Positions 37,455 through 50,753 of a stretch of DNA of 64,000 nt are shown here, piece after piece; the stretch's first letter is position 1, and each line of letters opens with the position of its first letter. The notes beneath the pieces were generated by a model. It was not told the DNA's origin and made no database searches. It saw nothing but the letters and a program-made list of their open reading frames with translations. This DNA is from Azolla caroliniana (Eukaryota; Plantae; Polypodiophyta), in assembly GCA_043228905.1 (NCBI GenBank), contig JBHGNT010000013.1, positions 8,618,001 to 8,682,000 on the forward strand, in the 5' to 3' direction. The position numbers and the translations under genes are program-made.

Positions 37455-37923
37455 CGTGGGCAATGTTTGAGAAGTTGAAGGAGAAGTATTGGTGGTCAGG
37501 GATGTACACGGATGTTGCCCATTTTGTGGGGACATGTGAAAGCTGCCAAATACACTCAAACATACATCATAGGGACGAGTAGCACCCAACCTACCTACTC
37601 ACAAAACACTTCAAATGGATGGTGGATCTAGTTTTGATGCTAATGGGAGTGGGACAAATAAAGTACTTGGTGCTAGCAAGGGAAGACCTGGCAAACTAGG
37701 TAGAAGGGCGTGCTTTAGCAAACAAAACAATGGTCGGGGGGGGGGGGGGGGGGGGGTAGGTACATTCTTACTTGAAAATGTCATCTGTTGGTACGGATGT
37801 GGGGGAAAGATAATGGCCGATAGAGGAGAGTTGAATGCTCAAGAAGCTACAGAGCTCTTTGAATGACTTGGAGTGAAGCTCTCTCTCATGACCCCTTACC
37901 ACCCAGAGGCCAACGGAAAGATA
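37455..37923 (+). mobile_element. Integrase fragment of a third Trp-gypsy family copy
   Basis: FEKLKEKYWW, HFKWMVDLV, ADRGEL, YHPEANGK, homologous to the 6909-7500 integrase. Confidence 0.85.
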
Positions 37924-38335
37924 TGTGCGGAATATTGCTCGGCCACAGCCGAGTCTCAAACTCACAATGGAAGAAATAAATAGAAAGTGAAGATTAATGC
38001 ACTTACACGGACAATAGAGACGACACCTGATGTTAACGTGGAAAATCCTAGTCGGGAAAAACCACATGAGCCCACAAACTCAAACTATCACTATGAGGAC
38101 TCCAACTATCACTATGAGAGGAAGGATACAATGCGAGACTCAGAGGCAACGATCTCAAGCTCTATGTCTTCACCAACCGGCGGTTACAACAGAAAATACT
38201 TTTTGTTTCTCTCTCGCCCTCTCTCTATCTCTCTCTGTCTATATAACAAAACAATAACAACAACCCATACACTATTTGCCCTAGTTATATTTATACTCAT
38301 ATAACTTACAGGCTATTTACAAATATGACCTCAAT

Positions 38336-41161
38336 CATGTTTGCGTTCACAAGTGGAAGGATCACGCACAAATGGAATGATAAGGAATATTCCGTCTGAT
38401 TTTGGGGCTTTTTTGGCCATTTCACAAAACACCTTAATACCAGTATCACATGTTCTCGAAAACTTGATGAAAAAGCTAAAATTTTCACCATTTGGTAAAA
38501 TTGAAAAATACCAAATTTTGGCCAAATATGAAAAGTAACTTTGTGTATTTTTAAGGAGAAATTACAACGAGTAGTATTTTAGATGCTAGCGAAATCATAA
38601 GTATAATCATAAGATTTCAAAACAATCAAGTTTTTTATTTCATTCGATAAAATGTTGTTTAAAATTGTTATATATCGTTGCACAAAAAATACATTTAGCA
38701 GTTACTTGCATCACTATAACCATTCCTTTCATGAGAATCACTACTATAGCAAATATACAATTGTGACTTTTCCTCCTCATTTTCAAATGTACCAATCAAA
38801 TCGTTCTCTTCACCAAATGGTGTCTCCAAATTGTGTGCACTAAATCTTATTCGCCTTCAATCTGAGATATCTTCTAGACTTGGTAATATCTCTTTTATTA
38901 TGTCTATCGTTATCGTCCTTAAACATCCAAGTTTTGTCAGTGTAAAGTCATACACAATGATATCCACCTCACTAATGTCAATGATAGATGTATTACAAAG
39001 GTTTAATGCATCACCACGTCCAAAACTTTACCAATGTAGAATTGGTGCCCTAGGTCATGGCCATCTACATGTGTAGCTATTAATATCCCCACCTTGAGTT
39101 CTTGCAAGTTTCCTTGTCACCTGAGTTATGCTCATGTTGTCATCCTTAGTTCCACATAAATGTTTCTTTGTTGTAGATGAACCATGAGAATATTTTATAG
39201 ACCACATAAATGGCATTTGCAAGGTTCAATTACCATTAACACAATTATTACTGGTTTTTTATTAATCAATGAAGCACATGTTTACCATAAGGTGTCTTGT
39301 TGTGCAACATACTTCTTTGCAATATTGATATGCATCTTTTTCTCTTGTAAAAAAAGAGATTTTAGTACAATTCGAGTTCATGTAAACCCTAAACCTCTTT
39401 TATTTGAAGAAAAAGAAGATTTCTAAACATGAACTCCATACATTGTATTGAGTTGATGTAAAAAACAGAGTTTTCATCACTATTCCATACAATGTATCAA
39501 ATTCATGTTCAAAGTTTTTTTTCTCGGATTTAAAAAAATAAAAAAATCGAGCTTAAGTTGATGATAAAAACTAGATTTTTCACCACAAATCAATACAATG
39601 TATCGAGTTCATGTTTAAAGTAAATTTTTAATGTTTTTCAAAATTTTTGTTTTTTTTGTGGAAACAAAAACTTTAAACATGAATTCGATACATTGTATCA
39701 ACCTATGATGAAAACTCTGGTTTTTTCATCACTTCAATTAAAAAAAAAAACAAAAGACCCAAAATAAATAATTAATTAATTAAATTTTTGAAAAAACAAA
39801 CCCAAAAATAAAACTTTAAACATGAACTCGATACATTACATCTAGTTCATGTCGAAAAGTCAGATTTTCAAAACGAACTTCGTGTTGAAAAGCTGAGTTT
39901 CTCAACACGAACTCGATATCGATACAATGTATCGAGTTTGTGTTTAAAACATTTTAAAATGAACAAACAATTTTGATTTTTTTTCTATTTATTTTGGGTC
40001 TAGTTTTATTTTTATGAAGTGATGAAAAAACTAGAGTTTTCATAACAAGTCGATACAATGTATCAAATTAATGTTAAAATTTTTTTTTTCCAAAAAAAAA
40101 AAAAAAAACCCTACTTTAAACATGAACTCAATACATTGTATTGATTTGTGGTGAAAAATCTGGTTTTTTCATCAATTCAAGATCAATTTTTTTTTTTAAA
40201 TCCAGGAAAAAAACTTTCAACATGAATTTGATACATTGTATGGAATTGTGATAAAAACTTTATTTTTTACATCAACTCGATATAGTATATCGAGTTCATG
40301 TTTAGAAATCTTCTTTTTTTTCAAATAAAAGAGGTTTAGGGTTTACATGAACTCGAATTGTACTAAAATCTCTGTTTTTACAAGAGTAAAAGATGTATAT
40401 TGATACTGTAAAGAAGTACGTTGCACAACAAGATACCTAATGGTGAACATGTGCTTCCGTGATTAACAAAAAACCATTAATAATTGTGATGATGGTAATT
40501 GAACCTTGCAAATGCCATTTACTTCACAAATTTTGTAGGGGAGTTCTCAAAATGAAGAAGAGTAGAGCATTGCGTTTACCTTGATAACTATGTGATATAT
40601 TCAAATTGATATATTAATGTTTACATCTAAGTTTGGTAGTTTTGACAGTTTATGAATATCGTCTACATTTTAGGAGTTATGGATTTATCAAAATTGTTTA
40701 TGAATATTGTATACATTTCTTGAGCTGTGAATTTATGGATGTTAATGAGCACTAAATTTATAGATGATGGCATTAAGGATTACAATGTTACCTCTTATAC
40801 TTAAAACATTTTCAAGTCTAACAATAGATGTAACTTCCACTTCTAGAACCTACATCTCCTCAAGATGGTGAAACCATTAATCTTAACTTGTGCCTTGAGT
40901 TAACCATTGTGATTTTCCTTAAGTTAACTACATTTCATATCTGCAGACCATCAACGTTTAAACATTTATTGGAAAACTATTCAATTTTAGAAATTATCAT
41001 TTTGAAATTTCTTAAATCTCAAAAAATTAGCAAATTTTACATGTTATTTAAAACATGTGATATTGGTGTATCAAGTTTCTGGAAATTGCCTAAAATCACA
41101 AGATTATAAAAGGAATCTATAAGTGGAATGCGCGATCCTTCCACTTGTGAACGCAAACGTG
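38336..41161. mobile_element. AT-rich non-autonomous TIR DNA transposon, superfamily uncertain
   Basis: 33-bp terminal inverted repeat CAYGTTTGCGTTCACAAGTGGAAGGATCRCGCA (31/33) with looser extension inward; degenerate flanks ACCTCAAT/TTCTCAAC; interrupts an LTR. Confidence 0.85.
39207..40521. repeat. ~1.3-kb imperfect palindrome (foldback)
   Basis: TAAATGGCATTTGCAAGGTTCAATTACC at 39207 is the reverse complement of the sequence ending at 40521; the arms run to a centre near 39879. Confidence 0.92.
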
Positions 41162-42791
41162 TTCTCAACGGTCACGTCTGAACATATTTACAAATATGTT
41201 CTTACTTGTTGGTTCATACCGGCTCCAGCCAGACTCGTTCCGGATCCATCCGATCCGGTATCCGGATACCTTATGGATCCATCCAATCTGGTTCCTCCCT
41301 TCGTCTCGTCTAATCCGGAGGAACCTATTTCGCAACAAATTCCCCCTTCATTCTGGCATAGGATATCTTGTTAGTCCGATCCGTCTCCAACACAAGGTCA
41401 ACTTGGCGGCTGACAACACCTTGGTCAACGTGTCTGACCCATTATCCTCGGTATGGATCTTCGTCATTAGGAACTCTTTATCTTCTACCTTCTCCCGGAG
41501 CCAATGATATCTCCTCTAGATGTGCTTGGTCTAGGAGTGGTAGGCTACATTTTTCGCGAGATGGATGACACTTTTGACTGTCACAATAGAGTTGGAATTC
41601 CTCCTGCCAGACCCCTAGTTCTCCGATGAAGTCCTTCATCTAGATAACCTGTTTACCGGCTTCTATGGCCGCCATATACTCCGCTTCCATTGTCGAGAGT
41701 GCGATAGACTTCTACAACATTGACTGCCATGATACGACTCCCCCTGCATATGTCATGACGTATCTGGATGTGGACTAGTTGGTATTTGCATCAACCCACA
41801 TGTTCGAATCATGAATCCTAAAAGTTGGGGTTTCCCTGAGCTGAATCAGAGGCACATATTCGAGGTGCCTTTTAAGTACCAAAGCATCCACTTGACCGTG
41901 GTCCAGTGTTCTCTTCCCAGATTGCTCAGGAACCGGCTTACTACTCCAACTACATATCTGATATCCGATCGGGTGCACACCATCGCGTACATCAAGCTTC
42001 CGATGACAGAGGCATATGGTATCTTCATCATATCCGACTTCTTTGCCTTTTTCTTTGGGATTGGCTGTCCGGACAACTTGTAGTTTGCCGGAAGTGTAGA
42101 CCCGACCGGCTTAGCATCCAACATGCTGAATCGTTGGAGGACCTTCGTCACGTACTTCTCCTATGACAACCACAATAGCTTCTCTGTCCAGTCCCGACAT
42201 AGAACAAGATGTTGCCAGTTAGGAACATGGCCTACCCTCAGTCCTTCGGGGTAGGTATCAAGGAGATCATGGTATAGGGTAGGAAATTGCGTAGCGTGTG
42301 GAATGTAGTGACTTAGAGCGTGTTTACTAAAGGCGAGCTCCTAATGTGCGTAACCACGCAACACGTATTCACCTTACATGCTTATGCTTATACAGTCACA
42401 CAGAGACAACAAAGAAGAGAAAAGAGATACGAGACAGAACTCAGAGAAGACAGAAACTATATTAAACGATTGTGCTCAGTATTGTGCTAGCTCTTTACAA
42501 TGTTCATATGCCCTTATATACACGGGGCCTAGTCCGTTACGCTTCCCGCGTGAACCATTAGACACGTTACTTCAACACTTCTATTATAATGAATACGCTT
42601 CTTTATCATGCATTATTTACATTTGTCCTCTTAGGGCGGACAACACCTGGCATGCCTGTGGGATAGTGCCTTGGCACGTCGGACCCCTCCTCCCTTTAAT
42701 CGTCTTCCAAAATATTGAGGATATTTTGCTCTGGGCGCTCGTCGTTACTTTTCGTGATTGGTGGCACCGTAACGTGGTTGGGCTTGTCGCT

Positions 42792-45228
42792 TTATGGCTC
42801 AACCGGCACTTCCGCCTGTAGTCTCTCTGTGGGTGGCTCCAGCCGTATCTCTTCTTGTACTACTTCCTCCGCAGTGACTGTCGTGACTTGGATTGTGTCG
42901 TTGGGTATGGTCGTCGTAGTCACCTCCGGAGTGCCTGCCTGTTTGGTCGGAGTCTCGTTCTGTTCCGCGGAGTCACTATCCTGTGGGACTGTGTCGTTGG
43001 GTACGATCGTCGTAGTCACCTCTGGAGTACCTGCCTATTCGGTTGGGCTCTCGTCCTGCTCCGCGGAGTCACTATCCTGTAAGGTGATGGCTTCCGCCTT
43101 CTTCATCTCTTTTGACCTTTGATGTTCACTTCCGATGTCGCACAACTGGCGGAACACTTCTTCTTAACTTTTACCGAAGTTTGCCAATAGCTGTGCCATT
43201 TCTTCGGTGTGACGATCAACCAATGTTTGGTAATCCTGCATAAGGTCCTCGCGCACCATAGCGATGCTTTCTTCCCATAGTTTATAAAAACCTTTCCCCT
43301 CTTTACGCCAATTTTCCCAATCCACTCTATAAGCATGAAGTTCCGCTGCCTGCGTTGCCCATCCGACCCATCCTTTATCTAATGCGGCTTGTAGTTGCGT
43401 CGTAAACCGTTCGTGCTTTGTTTGGAGGAGGGTGCGTATACGATCTGTGCTCCAAGTTGTGTGGGCCTTTAAGTCTTCTAGAGCGTTCTTGAGGTTCTCA
43501 ATTTTCTGCTTGTTGGTCACCGTTGCCTCTTCATAATGCGTCTTCATTTGGGCCCATATTTTCGACTCCTTGTCATGGAGCTCCTCCAGTCGGCCCATCT
43601 CGTTGTTGAGGCGAATGTCCACACCCCGCCCGAGTTGGCACTCATTCTCGATTTGTTCATCATACTAGTTGCGTTTTTTCTGGGCCGCTTCTTGTAATGC
43701 CGAAATGATGGTTTCCTTTTTTATTCCTTCTTCGTGAAGCTTGTCCCTCTCTTCCTTTGTTTGGCCATGTGCTGCTATTTCGGCATCGAGCTTGTCTTGA
43801 ATCATCTTAGCCGCCTTGTGTCCTTTTGCTCGGATGTCCACCTCTCTTTCTGACGACTGGCAGAGTTCTGATCGAAGGCGATCAATCTCCGTTTCGGCTA
43901 GTTGCATAGCCTTTTTCGCCTTTGCCGCTATTGCTGCTTGAGCCGCTACCTCCTCCCATAGAGTCGTCACTTCGGCGTCGTGGGAGGTAGTAGCCGGAGG
44001 GTGTTGCAAGTAGTCACATTATTCTCCAACTGTGTGATGCGTTGTTGCGTCTTATTTCATTGGCCCTGGGTTATTTTGATGGTTTTCCACAAATTTTTAT
44101 TCTTAACTACCATGTATTTGGCGCCTAGACAGACCCTTGCCAACTCCCTATGGACCTCACTCTCCGCCGTCTGTGTTAGTGCATGCACGATCATTTGTTG
44201 TTCGGCGTGCTCCTTGGCCATTCACTGGGAGACTTTTATATGTTGTGTCTCCAGGAATTCCATGAGTTCGTATGTTGTACCAAACTGCAACAATGCGCCG
44301 AACTCATGGGTTGTATCCGGAATGTCCGGATAGTTTAACACTTCACTTTCCGCCGTGAGCACACCTTTACCGTGTTGTGATTGTGGGGTTATGATTGGCC
44401 ACGGCTCGTGAATGAGTTCCAATGTGGAAGTGGGCTCCGTGGGGGCGGAATCTTTGACCCCCACAATTGTATCTTTGACTAGTCCGTGCATGTCCTTCCT
44501 ATCCAGCCGTCGACGCTTAGGCCTAGGACTGCCTCGATTCGGCTCTTGCTCATCCTGCTCGACTGTAGTTGGCGCTTCCGCGGAGTCACCGCGGTTGGTC
44601 TGTAGCTTTTCTTGCGTCAGAGTTGTTTCGGTGGTGGAAGGGTAGTGCTTCCTCCCATTCCGTTGTTGCGAGGTCTGCTATCCTCCGTTTCATGGACCAA
44701 AGTGGAGGCGTGGGTCTAGTTGTGTCCGGGGAGGGAAGTCCTTGGGGAGGGAACAATATGGTTAAGTACTGTTGTATTATTGGACGCATCTTTTTCCCTT
44801 AGTGTTAGGCTTGTGATTACCCCCTAGTTGACGAAGCAGCCTTCAAACGTGTCATAGACGATGCTAGCTTTTTCCTTTGCCATCCCGTAGGTGTTTACGT
44901 GGACACAACCGACTTCCAATAGGAACTTCGCTACCTCCCGAAAAAAGGAATTCGGGATATCCTTTGTCCTGTACACCTTGGTAGAGGTTGAATACTCTCC
45001 AAAATATTTCTCCAAGGCTTCTGCAAGGGGAATTTTGAAGTGTTTTTTGCCTGTTGCGGTGAAGCCCAACTTCTTTCTAATGCTGGCGTTGGTGACTGTG
45101 TCGATATTGAGATTTTTCGCAATTTCTTGGGCATCGAGGTGTGGAGGCGCCTCTACTACTTGGATGTAGCCTTCAAAACCCTTTTCAAGGAGCCATCGTC
45201 GCAACGTTGAGGATATGGAAATCGGCAT
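42792..45228 (-). pseudogene. Decayed extra ORF (~800 codons) downstream of integrase; coiled-coil rich, function unknown
   Basis: Six consecutive sense-strand ORF pieces; E/K/A/L heptad-like stretches at 43164-44009; 96-bp duplication near 42895-43080. Confidence 0.7.
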
Positions 45229-46179
45229 ATTCTCCTAGCAAGGATCATAAGGGTAGTGCTTATGAGGTAGAGCACGTAGGGTACTCCGACTGTGGTGTCT
45301 GAGATAGGCAGGGGAACGAGAGGCACAAAGAGAGCAAGGAGAGCATAAGGCTTGAGTTTGTTTTCTGTAATGTGTAGAAAACCACATGTTCTCCTCTTTT
45401 TGTGACTTAGGGTTCATGGGTCTATGCATCATTGTGCCGACGCATGTTCCTTTCTTTGGAAAGTGTGCCTGCATGAAGGCCCTTTAATAGCTGTGATTGT
45501 CTTCTCTTCTTCTTTTTTCTTCTTTTTTTTATCAGTAAAGTACAATATTATTGTTACATTTTCTACAAGTGGGCCCCGTCTATTTGTCAGTGTGGGAGCC
45601 AACGGCCGTATTCTGTTTTACAATGCGAAACGGATTTGGCGGCGTAGGTCCCAAGTACGGCTTTAGGCAAAACCCGTTTACTTTTTGCCACAATACTTCG
45701 CCTACGAGGGTGGCTAATTGGAATGTTCCGTTTTCCGCCCCTATTATCCGATATGGCCCTATCCAGTGGAACTGTAGTTTGCCTGACATTTGGCCCATGC
45801 GAGTTTGGAAAACTAAGACCGCTTTACCAATTTTAAAATGCTTTTCACTAGTGCCACGATGTCGGTCTACAAACGCTTTTCACCGTCGCTGCTTGTGTTC
45901 CAGGATTGCCATATTGCGGACTCTCGCTTCGCCTAATTTGAGTAATTGTTGTAGGCAAATTTATTCGAATTGGCCTTCCGACAGTCTTTCGCGGATTTGA
46001 ATGCGCAAGCTAGGTACCTGAAATTCAATGGGCATTACGGCTTCTAGCCCGAATGCTAGTCGGAAAGGGGTTGATTGTATGCTGGTCTTATAGACCATGC
46101 GGTAAGCCCACAAGGCACTATGCAGCTTTGTGTCCCAGTCTGTTCTATTCTCATTAACGATCTCTTTCAGTATATTCTA

Positions 46180-46907
46180 TGTTGGGAGACAGGTCCCTCC
46201 GGATGGGAAGAGAGAAGAACAGTGCCGATAAACAAACTGGATGAGGAGTACCTGGCTACGGAGAGCCGGATGGTGCAGACCCGATGAGATCCGGATGAGG
46301 AGTACCCTGCTACGGAGAGCCGGATGGTGCAGACCCGGTGAGATCCGGATGAGGAGTACCCGGCTACGGAGAGCCGGATGGTGCAGACCCGGTGAGGAAT
46401 GCTCACCGAACGAAGAGACATATTCGTAAATATGTTTTTGAGAGCCCATCGAGGCTATATTTGTAAATAGCCGAAAAGTCATATTAGTATAAATATGACT
46501 TAGGGCAAACTTTTAGTGATATAGTAGTTGTTGTCATTTCTTGTTGGTGCAAGAAGAAGAGAGAGCACGTAACAGGGCAAGAAGAAGAGAGAGCACGTAA
46601 CAGTGTACAGAGAGATCTAGAGAGAGAAAGAGGTCGTTGCCTCTGTTGTAATCGCCGCCTGTGGCGAAGATCGTGAGCACCAGGTCGTTGCCTCCGTGAA
46701 CTCACTGTTTGTACATTCCAACATAGTGATAGTTTGCAGCCTGTGGGCTGCCGTGGTTTTTCCCTTAGTTTGGGTTTTCCACGTAAACATCCTGTGCACC
46801 TTTTCTCTCCTTTGTGTCGTGTTTTTTTCCGTTTCCTATTTTCTGTGTATGATTCTAAGCTCGGTTGTGGCCGAGCGTTGTGCATAAGGAGTGTTGAGTT
46901 CCCGTCA
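46180..46907 (+). mobile_element. Solo LTR (728 bp), Tork-like copia family
   Basis: TGTTG...CGTCA with perfect TSD TTCTA; three 54-bp repeats; sits inside the integrase. Confidence 0.95.
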
Positions 46908-47208
46908 TTCTACAGTGTTTTGTTCATTGATTCCACTAACTCATTTGCTTGGGGATAATACAACATACTCTTCTTATGTACTACGATGTAATGAGTTGTG
47001 AGGTCTTGAATAACCGCATTAAAAAACTGACTTCCTTGATCGTTGATGAGTTCTATCAGACAACCAAAACGGCACCAAATCTGTTTGTATAAAAACTTTG
47101 TCGTGGACGTCGTGGTGTTATCCCGTAATGCTTTCGCTTCTAGCCATTTCATGTAATAATCCCTGGCGACTAGGATATATTTATTCCCTATTCGTGGCGC
47201 TGCCGGAG

Positions 47209-48120
47209 CGAAGGGGCCGACAAAATCGAGACCCCATTTCTGGAAAGGGTTGAGTGGAAGCACTGGTTGGTGCGGCATTCGTGCGAGCTCCGTGGGTTGG
47301 CCCATGCGTCAGCAGAGGTCACACTCTTTACAATATTGATACGCATCCTTTTGCGTAGTCGGCCACCAAAGGCCTGCTTGCCACACTTTTCGAGTCGTAC
47401 CATCTCCTGCGTAATGGCCTCCTACCGTACCGTAGTGAGCTTCACGTAAACCAGTGTCCTTCTCATATTGCCATACTCCCTCAACTACATAGAAATTCCG
47501 GCTCCGTACTGTAAGTCCTTTCTTTTTGTCCGTGCGTAGCTGTGGTGGTGCCAATCTCGACGTCAAGAAGTAGGTCATTTCTATCAGCCGTTGGTCTGGG
47601 AAATTCTTCTCTTCTTGTGTCGTTGTAGCCGAATCTTGCAGAATATCGGCATCAGGGAAATCGTCGAAGGGGCCGACAAAATCGAGACCCCATTTCTGGA
47701 AAGGGTTGAGTGGAAGCACTGGTTGGTGCGGCATTCGTGCGAGCTCCGTGGGTTGGCCCATGCGTCAGCAGAGGTCACACTCTTTACAATATTGATACGC
47801 ATCCTTTTGCGTAGTCGGCCACCAAAGGCCTGCTTGCCACACTTTTCGAGTCGTACCATCTCCTGCGTAATGGCCTCCTACCGTACCGTAGTGAGCTTCA
47901 CGTAAACCAGTGTCCTTCTCATATTGCCATACTCCCTCAACTACATAGAAATTCCGGCTCCGTACTGTAAGTCCTTTCTTTTTGTCCGTGCGTAGCTGTG
48001 GTGGTGCCAATCTCGACGTCAAGAAGTAGGTCATTTCTATCAGCCGTTGGTCTGGGAAATTCTTCTCTTCTTGTGTCGTTGTAGCCGAATCTTGCAGAAT
48101 ATCGGCATCAGGGAAATCGT
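47209..48120. repeat. 456-bp direct tandem duplication
   Basis: 47209-47664 and 47665-48120 look identical, with CG microhomology at the junction. Confidence 0.95.
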
Positions 48121-50753
48121 CGTCTCGCTGTATTGCGTCGTCGTCATGTTTATTCGGTTTAGATAATCTGTCTGCTATGGCGTGTTGTGTCCCAGGCCTA
48201 TGTTGGATTGTGAATTCGAATTCTTGGAGTAGCAGTCCCCATCTGGCTAATTTCCTCGTTAATGCCTATTTCTCTACTAAGTAGAGTAGTGCCGCGTGGT
48301 CCACATGAAATGTGAATTTTCTCCCTAATAAGTAATGTCAAAATTTATTTATGTTGTAGATCATTCCTAGGGCTTCATGCTTTGTCGTTGAATAGTTCCA
48401 CTCCGCGTCAGATAATTTGCGGCTGGAGTAATATACTGGCCGATACCAACTAGGCTGAGTGAGCTATATTAGTGCGTTGCTGATTGCGATGTCGGAGGCA
48501 TCCACGAATACGTGGAATGATTTGGACCAGTCTGGGGGCTATATGACAGGTGCTTGGGTCAACATGATTTTTAGTGCCTCGTATGCCTTGTCTTCTGTTG
48601 TTGTCCATTTGAATGGAGTACGGTGTACTCCGACGTGTAGGGGCGTTGCGAAATCTGTCAAATATTGTAACATACGGCTGTGCCAACATATTTGCACGAG
48701 GAAGCGACTAAGAGATTTTGCGTTGCTGGGAGTTTTTGCTTCCACAATAGCCTTAATTTTGTTGGGATCTACCGCGATCCCCTCCTTGCTCATGATGTGA
48801 TCGAGAAGAGCTCCACTGGTGACCCCAAATGCACATTTAGTAGGGTTAAGACTGAGGCACGAGGTACGGCATCGTTCCAAACATAGCCGTAAACGGCCCA
48901 AATGTTCTCCTCGCGTCCCATACACGGTGAAGTCGTTGAGAAAGACTTGCATAAACGCGAGGATAAAATCGCCAAAAATCTCCATAATAGTGTGTTGGAA
49001 TGTGGCGGGGGCCGTCTTCAGGTACGAATACTCCCAATTCAGTAACGAAAGCAGCCTTCTCATAATCGTCTAGGTGCATTCAGTGACAAACACAGTCTTT
49101 TGTCTACAGGTGTGGATTGCTCTTCCCGTGTTTGTTGAAATCGTCTATGATTACGAGGTTTTTGGCGATATTCCCGACGAGGCTCTTGGCGCCGTTCATC
49201 CTTGGAACTTTCCTCATAACGACGTCGATCCCGTGCCTGGCACCAAGGTCCGGCCTGTTCGCCACGATTGTTAGTAGGATGTTGATTATCATATTGGCGC
49301 CCCGATTGTAACGGTGATTGCTCTGATACTCTTCTTCTTCATGCTTGTCTTCGTTGGACTCAGTATCGTTGTTGCGGCGGTGATGGTACGGCCTTTTCGC
49401 ATGCTGGTTACGTTATGTATTCCGGTAATGCACTTCCGGACGGCCTTGGTCATTTCGGCGGTATTGTCGCTGTGGTTCCATACGACAAACTATCGACATG
49501 GCCCTGTTCGACATATTATATTCGCATTGGTCCATTGTATGCGCCCGTGAATGGAAAATGGGGCAATGTATTTGCATGTTACAATCCACCGCGGAGTGCC
49601 CCGAGTTCAAGTAGATTGTGCATTGAATGGCTTGGTGGAACCGATATTCCTTGTTCTGGGGCAACACTTGCCGGAGCGATGCCATGGACAATCCTTCATC
49701 CTCGTCTTCTAGTTCGAGTTGCAACGCCCGTTCGATAACCATGTCCGCCGTCTCGTCCTTCACATTCTGTGTAGTCAGGGTAGTCTTGAGGGGTCATTGT
49801 AACGCTGCCAAAAATGTGTCCTTAGCCTCGTCCTCCGTCAGAGCGCGTGTGAGTTGACATTGTAGGCTCTGAAATTGCAGACTGAAATGAACTACGGACT
49901 CTTTCGGAAGCTGTTTGATGGTGTAAAACTGGCCAATAATCTCACACTGAGGGACACTTTGATGGAAGAATCGCAAAAATGACAATTTAAGCTAGTCAAA
50001 CGTTGCGAACGATGTGATACCGAGCTGTGAATGCCTATGAGTAGCGGTCATCTAAGGTTATCCCGAACTCGGTGATCTTTGATGCGTGTGCTTCTGCCTC
50101 CAGAAGTCATTGTGCTATGTGATTAGCGTTCCAAACGTCGAGGAACGACCGAATGTGGTTCGCGGCGTCAGTTTCCCTGTTGAAACGGGGGTATGAGAAA
50201 GCCATACTGGTTGCGACAGTTGTGTTGGGAAAGGGACTATTGCTGCTATCGGGGTGAGGCTTTTTGTGAGACTTTGTAATACTAGCTTGATCCAGTGGCT
50301 ATAGGGCTTCTTGCCCGATGCCGCTTTGCTTCGTGAGCGTGGATTCTACCGTATACTCTAGGGGAGAAGGGGCGCGGTCACTGAGGCGAGGTTTTCACAT
50401 AACACGTTCTTTTGTTTGTCGGGTGACTGACCTGGTCAGTGGTCGATCTTGTCGAGTGGGTTCTGTATTATGTCGGTGGCTAGACATCCATTCCTTACTG
50501 CTTGGCTGTGAGGATTTACAGATCACCAAGCGTGCCAAAAGTGTTGCCGGTTAGGAACACGGTCTACCCTCAGTCCTTTGAGGTAGGTATCAAGGTGATC
50601 GTGGTACAGGGTAGGAAATTGCGTAGCATGTGGAATGTGGTGACTTAGAGTGTGTTTACTAAAGGCGTAAAATAGGAGACACCCAAAACCGAGCTCCTAA
50701 TGTGCGTAACCACGCAACACGTATTCACCTTACGCTCTTACGCTTATACAGTC

